A stretch of 64,000 nucleotides of DNA from an uncultured Bacteroidota bacterium (GTDB taxonomy: Bacteria; Bacteroidota; Bacteroidia; Flavobacteriales; Flavobacteriaceae), in assembly GCA_902613595.1 (NCBI GenBank), contig CACMHY010000007.1:16265-80264 (forward strand), given 5' to 3'. Under the pieces are notes generated by a model. It had not been told where the DNA came from. It made no database searches and worked only from the letters and a program-made list of their open reading frames with translations. Shown piece after piece: positions 1 through 11,393 of the stretch (the stretch's first letter is position 1; each line of letters starts with the position of its first letter). A program made the position numbers and the translations under genes.

Positions 1-104
1 GTTACACAAAAGTAATTCAATAAAGAGCCAAAATGTGTAAGATCTTGAAAGTGCTACGAAGTCTAAGACTTTTAAAGTATTAAATTAAATTTTTATATAA
101 AAAT

Positions 105-2966
105 TTAAATATCTGATAATGAGACGCCTATATATGACTCTATGGGGTCACATGTACAAACTAGATTACGATCGCCATAAGCTTCATCAACGCGTCTAAC
201 AGAGGGCCAAAATTTATTTTTAGAAACAAACTCTAAAGGAAATGCAGCTTTTTGCCTTGAATATGGAAATTCCCAAACATCTGAAGTAACCATTTCAAGG
301 GTATGAGGTGCATTTTTTAATATAGCAGTATCATTTTCATTGTCTGAGGCAATTTCCATCCTAATAGAAATCATTGCATCACAAAAGCGATCTATTTCTT
401 CTAGATTTTCACTTTCAGTTGGTTCTATCATCATAGTTCCTGCTACAGGAAAAGAGACTGTTGGTGCGTGAAAGCCATAATCCATTAAACGTTTGGCAAT
501 ATCAACGACTTCAATTCCTTTGTTCTTAAATGGTCTACAGTCAATAATTAGCTCATGTGCAGAGCGGCCTTTTTCACCTGAATAAAGAATATCATATGCT
601 CCGTCTAAGCGTTTTTGAATATAGTTTGCATTTAAAATTGCTACCTCTGTAGCTTTTCGAAGTCCGTCACCACCCAGCATTTTAATGTACCCATATGAAA
701 TGAGACATGCTAAAGCGGATCCATATGGAGCTCCAGATATCGATGTTATTGCATTTAAACCTCCGGTCTTTACAATAGGATTTCCAGGTAAAAAGGGTTT
801 CAGATGAGATGCAACTGATATAGGGCCTACTCCTGGTCCTCCACCACCATGAGGAATTGCAAAAGTTTTATGTAGATTCAAGTGGCAAACGTCAGCTCCA
901 ATTTGAGCAGGACTTGTCAAACCTACTTGTGCATTCATATTAGCTCCATCCATATATACTTGACCACCACAATCGTGAATAAGTTGTGTTATATCTTTGA
1001 TTCTGGTTTCAAAAACTCCATGAGTACTTGGATAGGTTATCATCAAAGCTGCTAAACTGTCCTTGTGAATTTTTGCTTTTTCGTTGATATCATTCCAATC
1101 AATATTTCCTTTTGAATCTGTATTTATAACCACTACTTCCATTCCAGCCATAACTGCAGAAGCTGGATTTGTTCCGTGAGCTGAAGCTGGTATCAAACAA
1201 ATATTTCGTTTTTTTTGGTTTTGATTCTTATGATAAGCACGAATAACCATTAATCCTGCATATTCTCCCTGTGCTCCAGAGTTTGGTTGGAGTGATGTAT
1301 CTGCAAAACCAGTGATTTTTGTTAATTGTAATTTTAATTCATTGAGCATTTTCTGATACCCGATAACTTGATCTGAGGGTACAAAGGGATGAATGCTACC
1401 CCAATTTGAATCACTAAGTGGTAGCATTTCTGCAGCAGCATTCAATTTCATTGTGCATGAACCTAGCGAAATCATCGAATGATTTAGAGATAAATCTTTT
1501 CTTTCTAAATATTTAATATATCTCATCAACGCAGTTTCAGAGTGATAACTGTTGAAAATTTTATGTGTTAAAATTTCACCTGACTTAATTAGTGATTTTG
1601 GAATATAACTCTCTTCAGTCTTTGACTCACTAATTTTTTTAATAGAGTTAGATGAACTTTTAAATATTGATACTATTTTATCAATATCTTCATCTGTGAC
1701 AGTTTCATTTAACGAAATACAAATCGTATTCCTGTCTGGATAATAAAAGTTGACCTTATTTAGCTCAGCTTTCTTTTTAATATTTACAACGTTTGTCTTA
1801 ATTTGTAGTGTATCAAAAAAATGTTTATTTATTTGTTTAAACCCTAGTTCGGAAAGTTTTAAGTTTAGATCAACAGCTTTTTGATGTATTGAGTTGGAAA
1901 TATTGTATAAACCCTTGGGACCATGATAAACGACATACATTCCTGCCATAACAGCTAAAAGAACTTGTGCAGTACATATATTTGAGGTAGCACGATCTCT
2001 TTTTATATGTTGTTCTCTGGTTTGCAGTGCCATGCGTAAAGCTGGATTTTCATTAAGGTCTTTTGTTTTACCTATAATTCTTCCAGGTATATTTCGTTTA
2101 TACTTATCACGAGTTGCAAAAAAAGCTGCGTGGGGGCCACCATAACCCATCGGAATCCCAAATCTTTGTGTCGTACCAACCACAACATCTGCTCCAAATG
2201 TACCAGGACTTTCTAGCAGTACAAGACTCATTATGTCAGCAGCAACAACTGAGCAAACATGATTATCTTTCGCGTTGTTAATCCAACTCTTTAGATTTGG
2301 AATTTCTCCTTTTGCTCCGGGGTATTGAAATAGTGAGCCAAAAAAAGTAGAGTCATATTCAAATTTATTAGCATCACCAACTACAAGGTTTATTCCTAGT
2401 GGAACACTCCTTGTTTTTAATACTGAAAGTGTCTGGGGTAGTACGTTTTCATCTACAAAAAATTTAAAAGCCTCGTGTTTTTTTTGTTCTTTAGTTTGCG
2501 ATCCAAAAAGCATTGTCATGGCTTCTGCTGCAGCTGTACTTTCATCTAAAAGCGATGCGTTAGCTAGTTCCATTCCGGTTAATTCACATATAATAGTTTG
2601 AAAATTAAACAGAGCCTCTAATCTACCTTGAGCAATTTCTGCTTGATATGGAGTGTAAGCAGTATACCAGCTTGGATTTTCAAGAATGTTTCTCTGAATA
2701 ACTGCGGGAGTTACTGTATCATGGTACCCCAACCCAATATATGTCTTAAATACATTGTTATCTCTTCCTAAAGAATTGATGTGTTTTGTAAATTCTGCTT
2801 CACTTATTCCTTCTGGTAAATCTAATGGTTTTTTTAAACGTATTGAATCTGGTATTGTTTCATCGAGAAGATTTTCAATTGATTTTAATCCAATTTTAGA
2901 TAGAATTTTTTTTATTTGATTTTCATCTGGACCCAAATGTCTATTTACAAACATTTCTCTTTTCAT
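105..2966 (-). CDS. gcvP: glycine dehydrogenase (decarboxylating), single-chain glycine-cleavage P protein
   Basis: 953-aa ORF with full-length single-chain GcvP layout. The PLP-lysine region 'CHLNLHKTFAIPHGGGGPG' is present. Confidence 0.95.
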   Translation of the reverse strand: MKREMFVNRHLGPDENQIKKILSKIGLKSIENLLDETIPDSIRLKKPLDLPEGISEAEFTKHINSLGRDNNVFKTYIGLGYHDTVTPAVIQRNILENPSWYTAYTPYQAEIAQGRLEALFNFQTIICELTGMELANASLLDESTAAAEAMTMLFGSQTKEQKKHEAFKFFVDENVLPQTLSVLKTRSVPLGINLVVGDANKFEYDSTFFGSLFQYPGAKGEIPNLKSWINNAKDNHVCSVVAADIMSLVLLESPGTFGADVVVGTTQRFGIPMGYGGPHAAFFATRDKYKRNIPGRIIGKTKDLNENPALRMALQTREQHIKRDRATSNICTAQVLLAVMAGMYVVYHGPKGLYNISNSIHQKAVDLNLKLSELGFKQINKHFFDTLQIKTNVVNIKKKAELNKVNFYYPDRNTICISLNETVTDEDIDKIVSIFKSSSNSIKKISESKTEESYIPKSLIKSGEILTHKIFNSYHSETALMRYIKYLERKDLSLNHSMISLGSCTMKLNAAAEMLPLSDSNWGSIHPFVPSDQVIGYQKMLNELKLQLTKITGFADTSLQPNSGAQGEYAGLMVIRAYHKNQNQKKRNICLIPASAHGTNPASAVMAGMEVVVINTDSKGNIDWNDINEKAKIHKDSLAALMITYPSTHGVFETRIKDITQLIHDCGGQVYMDGANMNAQVGLTSPAQIGADVCHLNLHKTFAIPHGGGGPGVGPISVASHLKPFLPGNPIVKTGGLNAITSISGAPYGSALACLISYGYIKMLGGDGLRKATEVAILNANYIQKRLDGAYDILYSGEKGRSAHELIIDCRPFKNKGIEVVDIAKRLMDYGFHAPTVSFPVAGTMMIEPTESENLEEIDRFCDAMISIRMEIASDNENDTAILKNAPHTLEMVTSDVWEFPYSRQKAAFPLEFVSKNKFWPSVRRVDEAYGDRNLVCTCDPIESYIGVSLSDI

Positions 2967-3082
2967 ATATCATCTTTTTCATCAGTAAATTTACATTTTC
3001 CATGCAACATTTTAAAGATGGATTTTTTCTTATTTTAAAAATTTTATGAAAAATTATTTGACTTGTTTGAAAGTTTCGATAT

Positions 3083-3912
3083 TTGCGTGTGAAAAATTTT
3101 CTAAAAAAGCTTTTTGATTTTTATATAAACTCCAGTATTCACGTAGGCTTATCAGTTGTTTCATTATCCTACTTATCTATTGCTCTAAGTTATAAAAACG
3201 CAACTCCTTTATTGTTAATATTTATTTTTTGTTGCGCCTGTTTTTCATATAATTTCATAAAGTTTTTTCCTGTCTTTTTAAATAAAAAAAAAATTTTCGC
3301 TTAAAACTTATTTTATTTATATCGATAGGATGCATTTTATTAGCTGCTCAACAATTTTTTAACTTAAAACTTGCAACAAAAATTTTTGTTTTTTTTGGAG
3401 CTATCATAGTACTATTATACACTATCCCTTTGAAGAACAATAAAAATTTAAGAGACGTTAAGGGTTTTAAAATTTTTCTTGTAGTTATTGGCTGGTTATC
3501 ACTTGTTGTTGGAGTTCCAATTTCGATGGCTCAAAAATTTGATATTGATTTATTTTTTCAGCTTTTAATGATTCAAGGAATTTATATTTTCGTTGCTACG
3601 ATACCATTTGAAATTAGGGATTTAGACCAGGATCAACCTAATGCTTTGACTATAGCTCAAATTTTGGGAATATATAATGTAAAATTATTGGGCTATCTTC
3701 TTTTGATAATAAATCTAATTTTTACATTTTTTTCATTTGGAGTTTTTTCTGCATTTAGTTTAAGTTCCGCCATTAGTTTTTTATCATTAATCTTGTTGCT
3801 TTACATAGTCACTCCTGGGCATTCAAAATATCTAACTAGTTTTTGGGTTGAATCAATACCTATTTTTTGGAGTGTTATTTACTATTTACTTAACTTTAAT
3901 ATGACTATGTAA
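3083..3912 (+). pseudogene. UbiA-superfamily-like polytopic membrane prenyltransferase, split by a frameshift at an A10 run
   Basis: ORFs 3083..3304 and 3430..3912 are both hydrophobic multi-TM. The downstream frame is open from 3286 and carries the Asp-rich 'FEIRDLDQD'. One extra A in the run 3284-3293 fuses them into about 276 codons. Confidence 0.55.
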
Positions 3913-3925
3913 AATTTGAAAATAA

Positions 3926-5623
3926 TTGTTTTATAATCTTTCTTTTATTCAAAAACGTTGTTGCTTATTAATTATAATTTTTATTTTACTTTCCTGTAAA
4001 TCTGCAGGAGATAAATTCTTTTCTAAAAGGGATATAAAAAAAAGTCAATCCTTAATAGGTGTTAACTTTAATAAAAAGAAGTTGGATACATTATATCCGT
4101 ATTTACAGCGTAACAGAGCTGGATATGACAGCATGAGAAATTTTTCATTGAGCTACGATCAAATACCTAGCCTATTGTTTAATCCACATCCAATTAAATT
4201 TAAAATACCAAAAAGCAGAGAAATAAAATCAAATTTTGGCACTATTGAAAAAGTAAGACTTCCAAAAAATTTGAATGAGATAGCGTTTTATACAGTACCA
4301 CAACTTCATGCTCTTATTAAGTCTAAAAAGATAACATCCTTAGAACTAACTAAACTATACATAAAAAGACTTAAGCAGCACAACTCTTCTCTTTTTTGTG
4401 TAATAAATTTAACGGAAGACTTAGCCCTTAAGCAAGCAAAAAGAGCCGATAGTCTTCTTAAAAATGGAACTATATTGGGGCCATTACACGGAATACCTTA
4501 TGGCTTGAAGGATCTTATTTCAGTAGAGGGTTATCCTACAACTTGGGGTGCTTATCCGTATAAAAATCAAAGAATTAACAAAACCGCAACAATTGCTAGG
4601 GAGCTAGAGAGATCAGGGGCTGTACTTGTAGCTAAATTAGTTTCTGGTTCATTAGCAAGAGGAGATGTTTGGTTTGGAGGGATGACGCGAAATCCTTGGG
4701 ATCCCAAACAAGGGGCAAGTGGTTCCTCTGCTGGTTCGGGATCTGCAACTGCAGCTGGATTGGTAGGATTTTCAATTGGAACAGAGACCCTTGGCTCTAT
4801 AGTTTCACCAAGTACCCGTAATGGTATAACTGGATTAAGACCCACCTATGGGAGAGTAAGCAGAAATGGAGTAATGAGCCTTTCTTGGTCTATGGATAAA
4901 GTTGGACCAATGTGTCGCTCCGCTATAGGGTGTGCTATCGTTTTTGAAGCTATTTACGGCAAAGATCCTTTAGATCCTACATCTGTTGATGCTTCTTATT
5001 TTTTTAATATAAAATCAAAACCTGAGAAATATAAAATTGGATATTTGAAGGATTTAATTGAAAAAGATACAACAGATAGTGGGGACAACATTCGCGATGT
5101 AATCAAATTATTAAAACAAAATGGGATAAGTCTGTTGCCAATAAATCTACCAAAAAATTACCCTTTTAAGGTTTTTGATATAATCTTAAGATCTGAATCA
5201 GGAGCACATTTTGATGAATTAGTTAGAAGTGGTAAAGTAGATAATATGGTTCAACAAAATCAGAAATCTAGAGCTAATAGCCTAAGACAATCACGCTTTA
5301 TTCCGGCTGTTGAATATATACAAGCAAATAGATTTAGATCTAAATTAATCGAAGAGATGCATTCGATAATGGAAGATATTGATGTCTTAATTAGTCCAAC
5401 TTCAGGTGGAAACCAATTAATGATTACAAATTTAACAGGCCATCCAGTCGTCTGTGTACCGACGGGTTTTGATTCTGAAAATCATCCTACTAGCATAAGT
5501 TTTTTAGGCAACTTGTATCAGGAAGAAAAAATTCTTGAATTTGCTAACTTCTTTCAAAAAATTACTAATCATCATCTAAAATACCCTCCATTGTATTATA
5601 GCAGTGGAGAAAATGTTAACTAA
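3926..5623 (+). CDS. amidase-signature family hydrolase with a lipoprotein-type signal peptide
   Basis: 565 aa. Gly/Ser-rich amidase signature 'GASGSSAGSGSATAAGLVGFSIGTETLGSIVSPS'. The N-terminus '...IIIFILLSCKS' resembles a lipobox. TTG start, exact start uncertain. Confidence 0.8.
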   Translation: MFYNLSFIQKRCCLLIIIFILLSCKSAGDKFFSKRDIKKSQSLIGVNFNKKKLDTLYPYLQRNRAGYDSMRNFSLSYDQIPSLLFNPHPIKFKIPKSREIKSNFGTIEKVRLPKNLNEIAFYTVPQLHALIKSKKITSLELTKLYIKRLKQHNSSLFCVINLTEDLALKQAKRADSLLKNGTILGPLHGIPYGLKDLISVEGYPTTWGAYPYKNQRINKTATIARELERSGAVLVAKLVSGSLARGDVWFGGMTRNPWDPKQGASGSSAGSGSATAAGLVGFSIGTETLGSIVSPSTRNGITGLRPTYGRVSRNGVMSLSWSMDKVGPMCRSAIGCAIVFEAIYGKDPLDPTSVDASYFFNIKSKPEKYKIGYLKDLIEKDTTDSGDNIRDVIKLLKQNGISLLPINLPKNYPFKVFDIILRSESGAHFDELVRSGKVDNMVQQNQKSRANSLRQSRFIPAVEYIQANRFRSKLIEEMHSIMEDIDVLISPTSGGNQLMITNLTGHPVVCVPTGFDSENHPTSISFLGNLYQEEKILEFANFFQKITNHHLKYPPLYYSSGENVN

Positions 5624-5643
5624 ATAATTTAATAAATTAGAAA

Positions 5644-5985
5644 ATGAAAAAAATATTAATAATACTTATATTCTTATCTTGCTCACAAAGAAACTCTAAT
5701 ATTGATATTGTAGAAAAAGAAGATTTTCAAATATTGTTAAATAAAGAGGTACAATTAATAGACGTAAGAACTCCAAATGAATATAGTAACGGTTTTATTG
5801 CTAATGCAGAAAATATAAATTTTAAATCAAAGGATTTTTTATCACAAATCTCAAAGCTTGATAAAAGTAAACCTGTACTTCTTTATTGTTCTGCAGGAGG
5901 AAGAAGTGCTAAAGCTTCCAAAATCTTTGATTCACTTGGGTTTAAAGAAATATATGATCTTAAAGGAGGATATCTCGCTTGGTAG
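5644..5985 (+). CDS. rhodanese-domain sulfurtransferase-like lipoprotein
   Basis: 113 aa. Signal/lipobox 'LIFLSCS'. Rhodanese active-site loop 'YCSAGGRSAKA' (C-x4-R-S). Confidence 0.85.
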   Translation: MKKILIILIFLSCSQRNSNIDIVEKEDFQILLNKEVQLIDVRTPNEYSNGFIANAENINFKSKDFLSQISKLDKSKPVLLYCSAGGRSAKASKIFDSLGFKEIYDLKGGYLAW

Positions 5986-6053
5986 TAAAAAGTATATTTA
6001 ATGACATTTAACTTTTAGTATTTTTTATCAAATAAGAATAAAATCCTAATATA

Positions 6054-8096
6054 CTAAATCAATCCAGCTCTTTTCAAAAGTGCTGACGAATTAGGCACTT
6101 TACCTCTAAACTTTTTATATAAAATCATAGGGTGTTCAGTTCCTCCTTTTGAAAGTATATTATCGTGAAACTTGGCTGAGGTTTTTTTGTCAAAAATTCC
6201 ATTTTCCATAAAAAGTTCAAATGCATGTGCTTCTAAAACTTCTGCCCATTTATAGCTATAATATCCTGCTGCATATCCTCCTTGGAAAATATGAGAAAAG
6301 GAAGTGCTTAAACAATTTTCATCAATATCTTTTGTGAATTGAAATTTCTCAATTAAACTTTTTTCATGTTTTTTTACACTTTTAATCTTATCAGAGTTTT
6401 TTGTATGATAGGACATATCGAGATATCCCAAACTTAATTGTCTTAATGTATTTAGGCCTTGTTGAAAATTTTTAATTTTCTTTATCTTTTCAATAAATTT
6501 TTGAGGCAAGACTTTTCCAGTCTTGTAATGTTTTGCATAAATTAAAAGTGCTTCTTTTTCATAACACCAGTTTTCCATTATTTGACTTGGAAGTTCAACA
6601 AAGTCCCAATAAACATTTGTGCCACTCAAACTACTATAGTTTGTATTAGCCAAAATTCCATGAAGTGCGTGTCCAAATTCATGAAATAATGTAGTAACCT
6701 CTTGAAATGTTAATAGTGAAGGCTTGGTTTTTGTAGGTCTCGAAAAATTACAAACAATTGACACATGTGGTCTTTGGTTTTTTTTCTGAGAACGAAAACT
6801 CGTCATCCATGCTCCATCCCTTTTTCCTGGTCTTGGGAAAAAGTCTGCATACAGTAGTGCATAGAACAAACCTTTTTTGTAAACTTCAAACACTCGAATC
6901 TCTTTATTATATCTTTGAATATCATAATTTTCCTTAAACTTGAGGTCATAAAGTTTTTCAACAATTTCAAATAATCCTTTTAAAACATTGTCAATAGAAA
7001 AAAAAGGTTTTAATTCCTGTTCATCAAAGTCAAGTTTAACTTTTTTGATTTTTTCGCTTACAAAGGCAATATCCCATTTTTCAAGTTTTTTTAAGTTTAA
7101 TTTATTTTTAGCGAAAGTATTTATAGTATCCCATTCTTTTTCTGCGGCAGGAAATGCTTTATTTGCTAAGCCATCTAAAAATTTTTTTACTTCTAAAACA
7201 GAACTAGCCATTCTCTCCTCCAAAATAAAGTCAGCATGTGAATCGTATCCCAAGAGTTTTGCTCTTTCTTTTCTGAGTAAAGTTATTTGTTTAATAATCT
7301 CAGTATTGTTGTTTTTATTTTTTTGATAACCTCTTTTCCCAAAAGCAAGTGTAATTTCTTTTCTAAGTTCTCTTTCCTCTGAATATTTTGTAAAAGGAAT
7401 ATACATTGGATAATCAAGAGTAATAATCCATCCTTTCTTTCGTTTTTTTTCGGCTATTGATTTTGCCATTTCAATAAGTGACTCGGGTAAACCTCTGAGT
7501 TTTTTTTTGTCTCTAATATGCAGTTCATATGCTTGTGTTTCTGCTAAAACATTTTGACCAAAAGACAAAGATAATTTAGCCAATTTGGCATCGATTATCC
7601 GTAGTTTTTTCTTCTCTTTTTTATCAAGTAATGCTCCATTTCTAACAAAACCCTTGTATTGTTTTTCTAGGAGAGTTTTTTGTTCGGTATTTAAATTTGT
7701 TTCATCGGTGTTTTCATATACATAGCGAATTCTATCAAACAAAACTTCATTAAGATTAATATCGTTTTGAAATTTAGTTAACAATGGAGCAGCTTGGCTG
7801 GTAATAAGTTGAATTTCGTCATTTGTTTCTGCACTATTCAAGTTGAATAATATAGAGGTATTTCTTCCTAAAATACTTCCACATGACTCTAGTGCTAGGT
7901 TTGTATTTTCAAAAGTTGGTTTATCAGCATTGGTACAAATTAGATTAATATTATCTAGAGCTTGGCTTATACCTTTTATGATAGCTGGAATAAAATCTTT
8001 CGGTTTAATTTTATCGAAAGGAATTGACTCAAAATTAGTTTTGAAATGCTGTAGTAAAGGATTACTTGGTCTTATTGTTTTTAATTTCTCTTCCAC
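6054..8096 (-). CDS. dcp: M3-family zinc metallopeptidase (peptidyl-dipeptidase Dcp / oligopeptidase A type)
   Basis: 680 aa. Zinc motif 'HEFGHALH' at the expected position, with a downstream 'E' ligand region 'FVELPSQIMENW'. Confidence 0.85.
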   Translation of the reverse strand: MEEKLKTIRPSNPLLQHFKTNFESIPFDKIKPKDFIPAIIKGISQALDNINLICTNADKPTFENTNLALESCGSILGRNTSILFNLNSAETNDEIQLITSQAAPLLTKFQNDINLNEVLFDRIRYVYENTDETNLNTEQKTLLEKQYKGFVRNGALLDKKEKKKLRIIDAKLAKLSLSFGQNVLAETQAYELHIRDKKKLRGLPESLIEMAKSIAEKKRKKGWIITLDYPMYIPFTKYSEERELRKEITLAFGKRGYQKNKNNNTEIIKQITLLRKERAKLLGYDSHADFILEERMASSVLEVKKFLDGLANKAFPAAEKEWDTINTFAKNKLNLKKLEKWDIAFVSEKIKKVKLDFDEQELKPFFSIDNVLKGLFEIVEKLYDLKFKENYDIQRYNKEIRVFEVYKKGLFYALLYADFFPRPGKRDGAWMTSFRSQKKNQRPHVSIVCNFSRPTKTKPSLLTFQEVTTLFHEFGHALHGILANTNYSSLSGTNVYWDFVELPSQIMENWCYEKEALLIYAKHYKTGKVLPQKFIEKIKKIKNFQQGLNTLRQLSLGYLDMSYHTKNSDKIKSVKKHEKSLIEKFQFTKDIDENCLSTSFSHIFQGGYAAGYYSYKWAEVLEAHAFELFMENGIFDKKTSAKFHDNILSKGGTEHPMILYKKFRGKVPNSSALLKRAGLI

Positions 8097-8559
8097 TTTT
8101 AATAACCTTTTCTTTCAAACTGTTTTTATACTTTAATATTTTCTTTTGAATTTCCTGATTTTCGATTCCTAGTATTTGTACGGCAAGAATGCCAGCATTT
8201 TTAGCTCCGTTTAAAGCAACAGTTGCAACGGGTACACCGCCAGGCATTTGTAATATTGATAGAATTGAGTCCCATCCATCTAATGAATTTTTTGATTTAA
8301 TCGGTACTCCAATAACAGGAACAGGTGATAGGGATGCTATCATACCAGGTAAATGTGCTGCGCCTCCAGCTCCAGCTATGATAACCTTGATACCCCTTTT
8401 GTGTGCCTGACTTCCAAATAATGACATTTTTTCAGGCGTCCGATGAGCTGAGACTATATCTACTTCAACTTCTATTTTGAATTCATTAAGAATTTCTATT
8501 GCTTCATTCATCACAGGTAGGTCTGATTGACTCCCCATAATTATACTAACTTTTGTCAT
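8062..8559 (-). CDS. purE: N5-carboxyaminoimidazole ribonucleotide mutase
   Basis: 165 aa. Motifs 'IMGSQSD' and 'IAGAGGAAHLPGM'. Immediately downstream of purK. Confidence 0.93.
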   Translation of the reverse strand: MTKVSIIMGSQSDLPVMNEAIEILNEFKIEVEVDIVSAHRTPEKMSLFGSQAHKRGIKVIIAGAGGAAHLPGMIASLSPVPVIGVPIKSKNSLDGWDSILSILQMPGGVPVATVALNGAKNAGILAVQILGIENQEIQKKILKYKNSLKEKVIKSGREIKNNKTK

Positions 8560-8560
8560 A

Positions 8561-9718
8561 TTATTTTGTGATTACTTCGATTGTCTGTTTTACTTCTTCC
8601 GCGATCATACGAGCTGTATTTAAATCCTTATTAATAACTGTTATATGTCCCATTTTTCTGAAGGGTCGTGTTTTTTTCTTTCCATAAATGTGGGGATTTA
8701 CTCCCTCAATAGCTAAAATGTGTTCAATATTTTTGAATTTTACCAGTCCAGAATAACCCTTTTTCCCGACTAAATTCACCATTACACCTGCTACTTTGTT
8801 CGAAGTTTCTCCGAGTGGTAAGTCAAGAATTCCTCTAATGTGTTGTTCAAACTGGGATGTGTATGCCCCTTCAATAGTGTAGTGACCACTATTGTGGGGC
8901 CTTGGAGCCACTTCATTTACTAATATATCTCCATCAGAAGTCAGGAATAATTCAACAGCTAGTAATCCTACATGACTAAATGACTTAGAAACTGCAAGTG
9001 CGATTTTTTCAGCTTTTTTAGATACGCTTTTTGAAATTCTAGCTGGGCATAAAACATATTCTACTTGATTTGCTTGAGGATGAAATTCCATTTCAACACA
9101 TGGATAAAATTTAGTTTCACCCTTAGGACTTCTACATACAATAATTCCTAACTCTTTGTCAATATTTACTAACTCTTCAATAAGACAGGTTCCTGAACTC
9201 ACTCGCTCAAGGTCTTGATTTGACCTGACAATTTTTACTCCAAATCCGTCATATCCCATTGATTCAGATTTCCAAACAAATGGAAAAGAAACAAGACCAC
9301 GAGCAACTTCATCTTTTAACTGATCTTTTGAATCAAATAATTTAAACTGAGCAGTTGGAATTTTATTTTTCTTGTAAAATTCCTTTTGACTACATTTATT
9401 CTGAATAGTTTTAATGATATTTGGTTGAGGATATACTTTTATTCCTTCTTTTTCTAAATCACTGAGCGCGTGTGTGTTTACATTTTCTATTTCGATTGTA
9501 AGAATATCAACACTTTTACCGAATCTATATACATCCTGATAGTCCATTAAATCTCCTTTAACAAATTCGTTGCATGATATTTTAGAAGGTGCTTCTATAT
9601 TCGGGTCCATTACTTTTGTATATATATCCCATTTAGTTGTGATATTAAGTAGCATTTTACCCAACTGTCCACCTCCTAAAATTCCAATTTTTTGCTTTCC
9701 TGAAAAGAAACTCATCAT
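8561..9718 (-). CDS. purK: N5-carboxyaminoimidazole ribonucleotide synthase (ATP-grasp)
   Basis: 385 aa. N-terminal 'IGILGGGQLGKM' and an ATP-grasp core. 1-nt spacing to purE. Confidence 0.9.
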   Translation of the reverse strand: MMSFFSGKQKIGILGGGQLGKMLLNITTKWDIYTKVMDPNIEAPSKISCNEFVKGDLMDYQDVYRFGKSVDILTIEIENVNTHALSDLEKEGIKVYPQPNIIKTIQNKCSQKEFYKKNKIPTAQFKLFDSKDQLKDEVARGLVSFPFVWKSESMGYDGFGVKIVRSNQDLERVSSGTCLIEELVNIDKELGIIVCRSPKGETKFYPCVEMEFHPQANQVEYVLCPARISKSVSKKAEKIALAVSKSFSHVGLLAVELFLTSDGDILVNEVAPRPHNSGHYTIEGAYTSQFEQHIRGILDLPLGETSNKVAGVMVNLVGKKGYSGLVKFKNIEHILAIEGVNPHIYGKKKTRPFRKMGHITVINKDLNTARMIAEEVKQTIEVITK

Positions 9719-9801
9719 CTACTTTTGGTAAAAATACGGATAAGTTTTTTGGATAGGAAAAAAGCCAAGCAAAATAGGTATATTTAAGCAAAATTGTCTT
9801 T

Positions 9802-10374
9802 ATGATCAATATAGTTTTATTTGGAAAGCCTGGTGCCGGAAAAGGGACACAAGCTAATTTTCTAAAAATAAAATACAGTCTGGTCCATATTTCTACGGGA
9901 GATTTATTTCGTTACAATATCAAGAATAAAACTGAATTAGGGAAATTGGCAAAATCATTTTTGGATAAGGGAGATTTAGTTCCAGACCAAGTAACTATTA
10001 AAATGTTAGAAGAAGAAGTAAAGAGAAACACAAATACAAAAGGATTTCTATTTGATGGATTTCCTAGGACTAAATCTCAAGCTGAAGCTTTAGACAATTT
10101 TTTAGAAAATAACAAAATGGAAATCAATGCAACAATTTCATTGGAAGTCGAAGATAATGTTCTCATAAAAAGACTATTAGAGCGTGGGAAATCAAGTGGA
10201 AGAATTGATGATCAAAATGAATCAAAAATTATAAATCGTTTCAAAGAATACAATAAGAAAACAGCTCCATTAAAGGCATATTACTACGGCCAAAATAAAT
10301 TTTATTCTGTTAATGGTATTGGCAGTATAGATATTATAACCCATCGTTTAGTTAAGGTTATAGACAGTTTATAA
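9802..10374 (+). CDS. adk: adenylate kinase (short-lid form)
   Basis: 190 aa. P-loop '[10 protein letters not shown]', '[11 protein letters not shown]', '[10 protein letters not shown]'. Confidence 0.95.
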   Translation: MINIVLFGKPGAGKGTQANFLKIKYSLVHISTGDLFRYNIKNKTELGKLAKSFLDKGDLVPDQVTIKMLEEEVKRNTNTKGFLFDGFPRTKSQAEALDNFLENNKMEINATISLEVEDNVLIKRLLERGKSSGRIDDQNESKIINRFKEYNKKTAPLKAYYYGQNKFYSVNGIGSIDIITHRLVKVIDSL

Positions 10375-10382
10375 ATCTAAAA

Positions 10383-11393
10383 ATGACTGAGGGTAATTTT
10401 GTTGATTATGTAAAGCTATTTGTTCGCTCGGGAAATGGAGGCAAAGGCTCAACCCATTTACATAGAGAAAAATATATTGATAAAGGAGGGCCAGATGGAG
10501 GAGATGGTGGCCGAGGAGGTCATGTTATAATACGTGCTAATCAACAAATGTGGACACTCTATCAATTTAAATTTAAAAAACATTTTTCGGCAGGTAATGG
10601 AGAGCATGGTAGCAAAAATAGAAAAAGTGGGTCACAAGGGGATGATTGTATTATTGAGGTTCCTATAGGTACTGTTTTAAGAGATACAAAAACTAATCAA
10701 ATTATTTTTGAAATAACGGATAATGACCAAGAAAAGATTCTTCTTGAAGGTGGTCTAGGAGGACAAGGAAATTGGCATTTTAAGTCTTCTGTGAGACAAA
10801 CTCCACGATATGCTCAACCCGGTTTGGAAGGGAAGAGTTTACAGATTACTTTAGAATTAAAATTACTTGCGGATGTAGGTTTGGTAGGTTTACCAAATGC
10901 TGGAAAATCTACACTTCTTGCTTCTTTAACTTCTGCCAAACCAAAAATTGCAGATTATGAATTTACTACACTAAAACCAAATCTGGGGATTGTTGAAAAT
11001 TACAATTTTCAATCTTTCGTAATAGCTGATATTCCAGGAATTATTAAAGGGGCCTCAAGCGGAAAAGGTTTGGGACATTATTTTCTCAGACATATTGAGA
11101 GAAACTCTATTTTGCTTTTTGTTATTCCGTCTGATACAAAAAACCTTAAAGAAGAATATAGTATTCTTTTAAACGAACTTAAGACTTACAATGCGGAACT
11201 ACTGCACAAAGATTACGTAGTTATTCTTTCTAAGTCCGATCTTCTTGACTCTGAACTAGAGAATGAGTATGCTCAAGAAATGAAATCAATATTTAAAGAT
11301 ATTCCTTATCTAATTGTATCGAGTATTACTCGACAAAATTTAAATGAACTAAAAGACCTTCTTTGGAAAGTTTTAAATAAAAAATATGAATAG
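10383..11393 (+). CDS. obg: GTPase Obg/CgtA
   Basis: 336 aa. Gly-rich Obg fold 'GNGGKGS...[12 protein letters not shown]'. G1 'GLPNAGKST', G3 'DIPGII'. Confidence 0.95.
   Translation: MTEGNFVDYVKLFVRSGNGGKGSTHLHREKYIDKGGPDGGDGGRGGHVIIRANQQMWTLYQFKFKKHFSAGNGEHGSKNRKSGSQGDDCIIEVPIGTVLRDTKTNQIIFEITDNDQEKILLEGGLGGQGNWHFKSSVRQTPRYAQPGLEGKSLQITLELKLLADVGLVGLPNAGKSTLLASLTSAKPKIADYEFTTLKPNLGIVENYNFQSFVIADIPGIIKGASSGKGLGHYFLRHIERNSILLFVIPSDTKNLKEEYSILLNELKTYNAELLHKDYVVILSKSDLLDSELENEYAQEMKSIFKDIPYLIVSSITRQNLNELKDLLWKVLNKKYE

Noticed and set aside
1-104. Possible partial gene or terminator at the left edge (short AAGTCT-A-AGACTT inverted repeat around position 60-75)
   Set aside because: The stem is only about 5-6 bp with an unworkably small loop and has no following T-run on the gcvP strand. 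The region is too short and stop-rich to support an ORF call.
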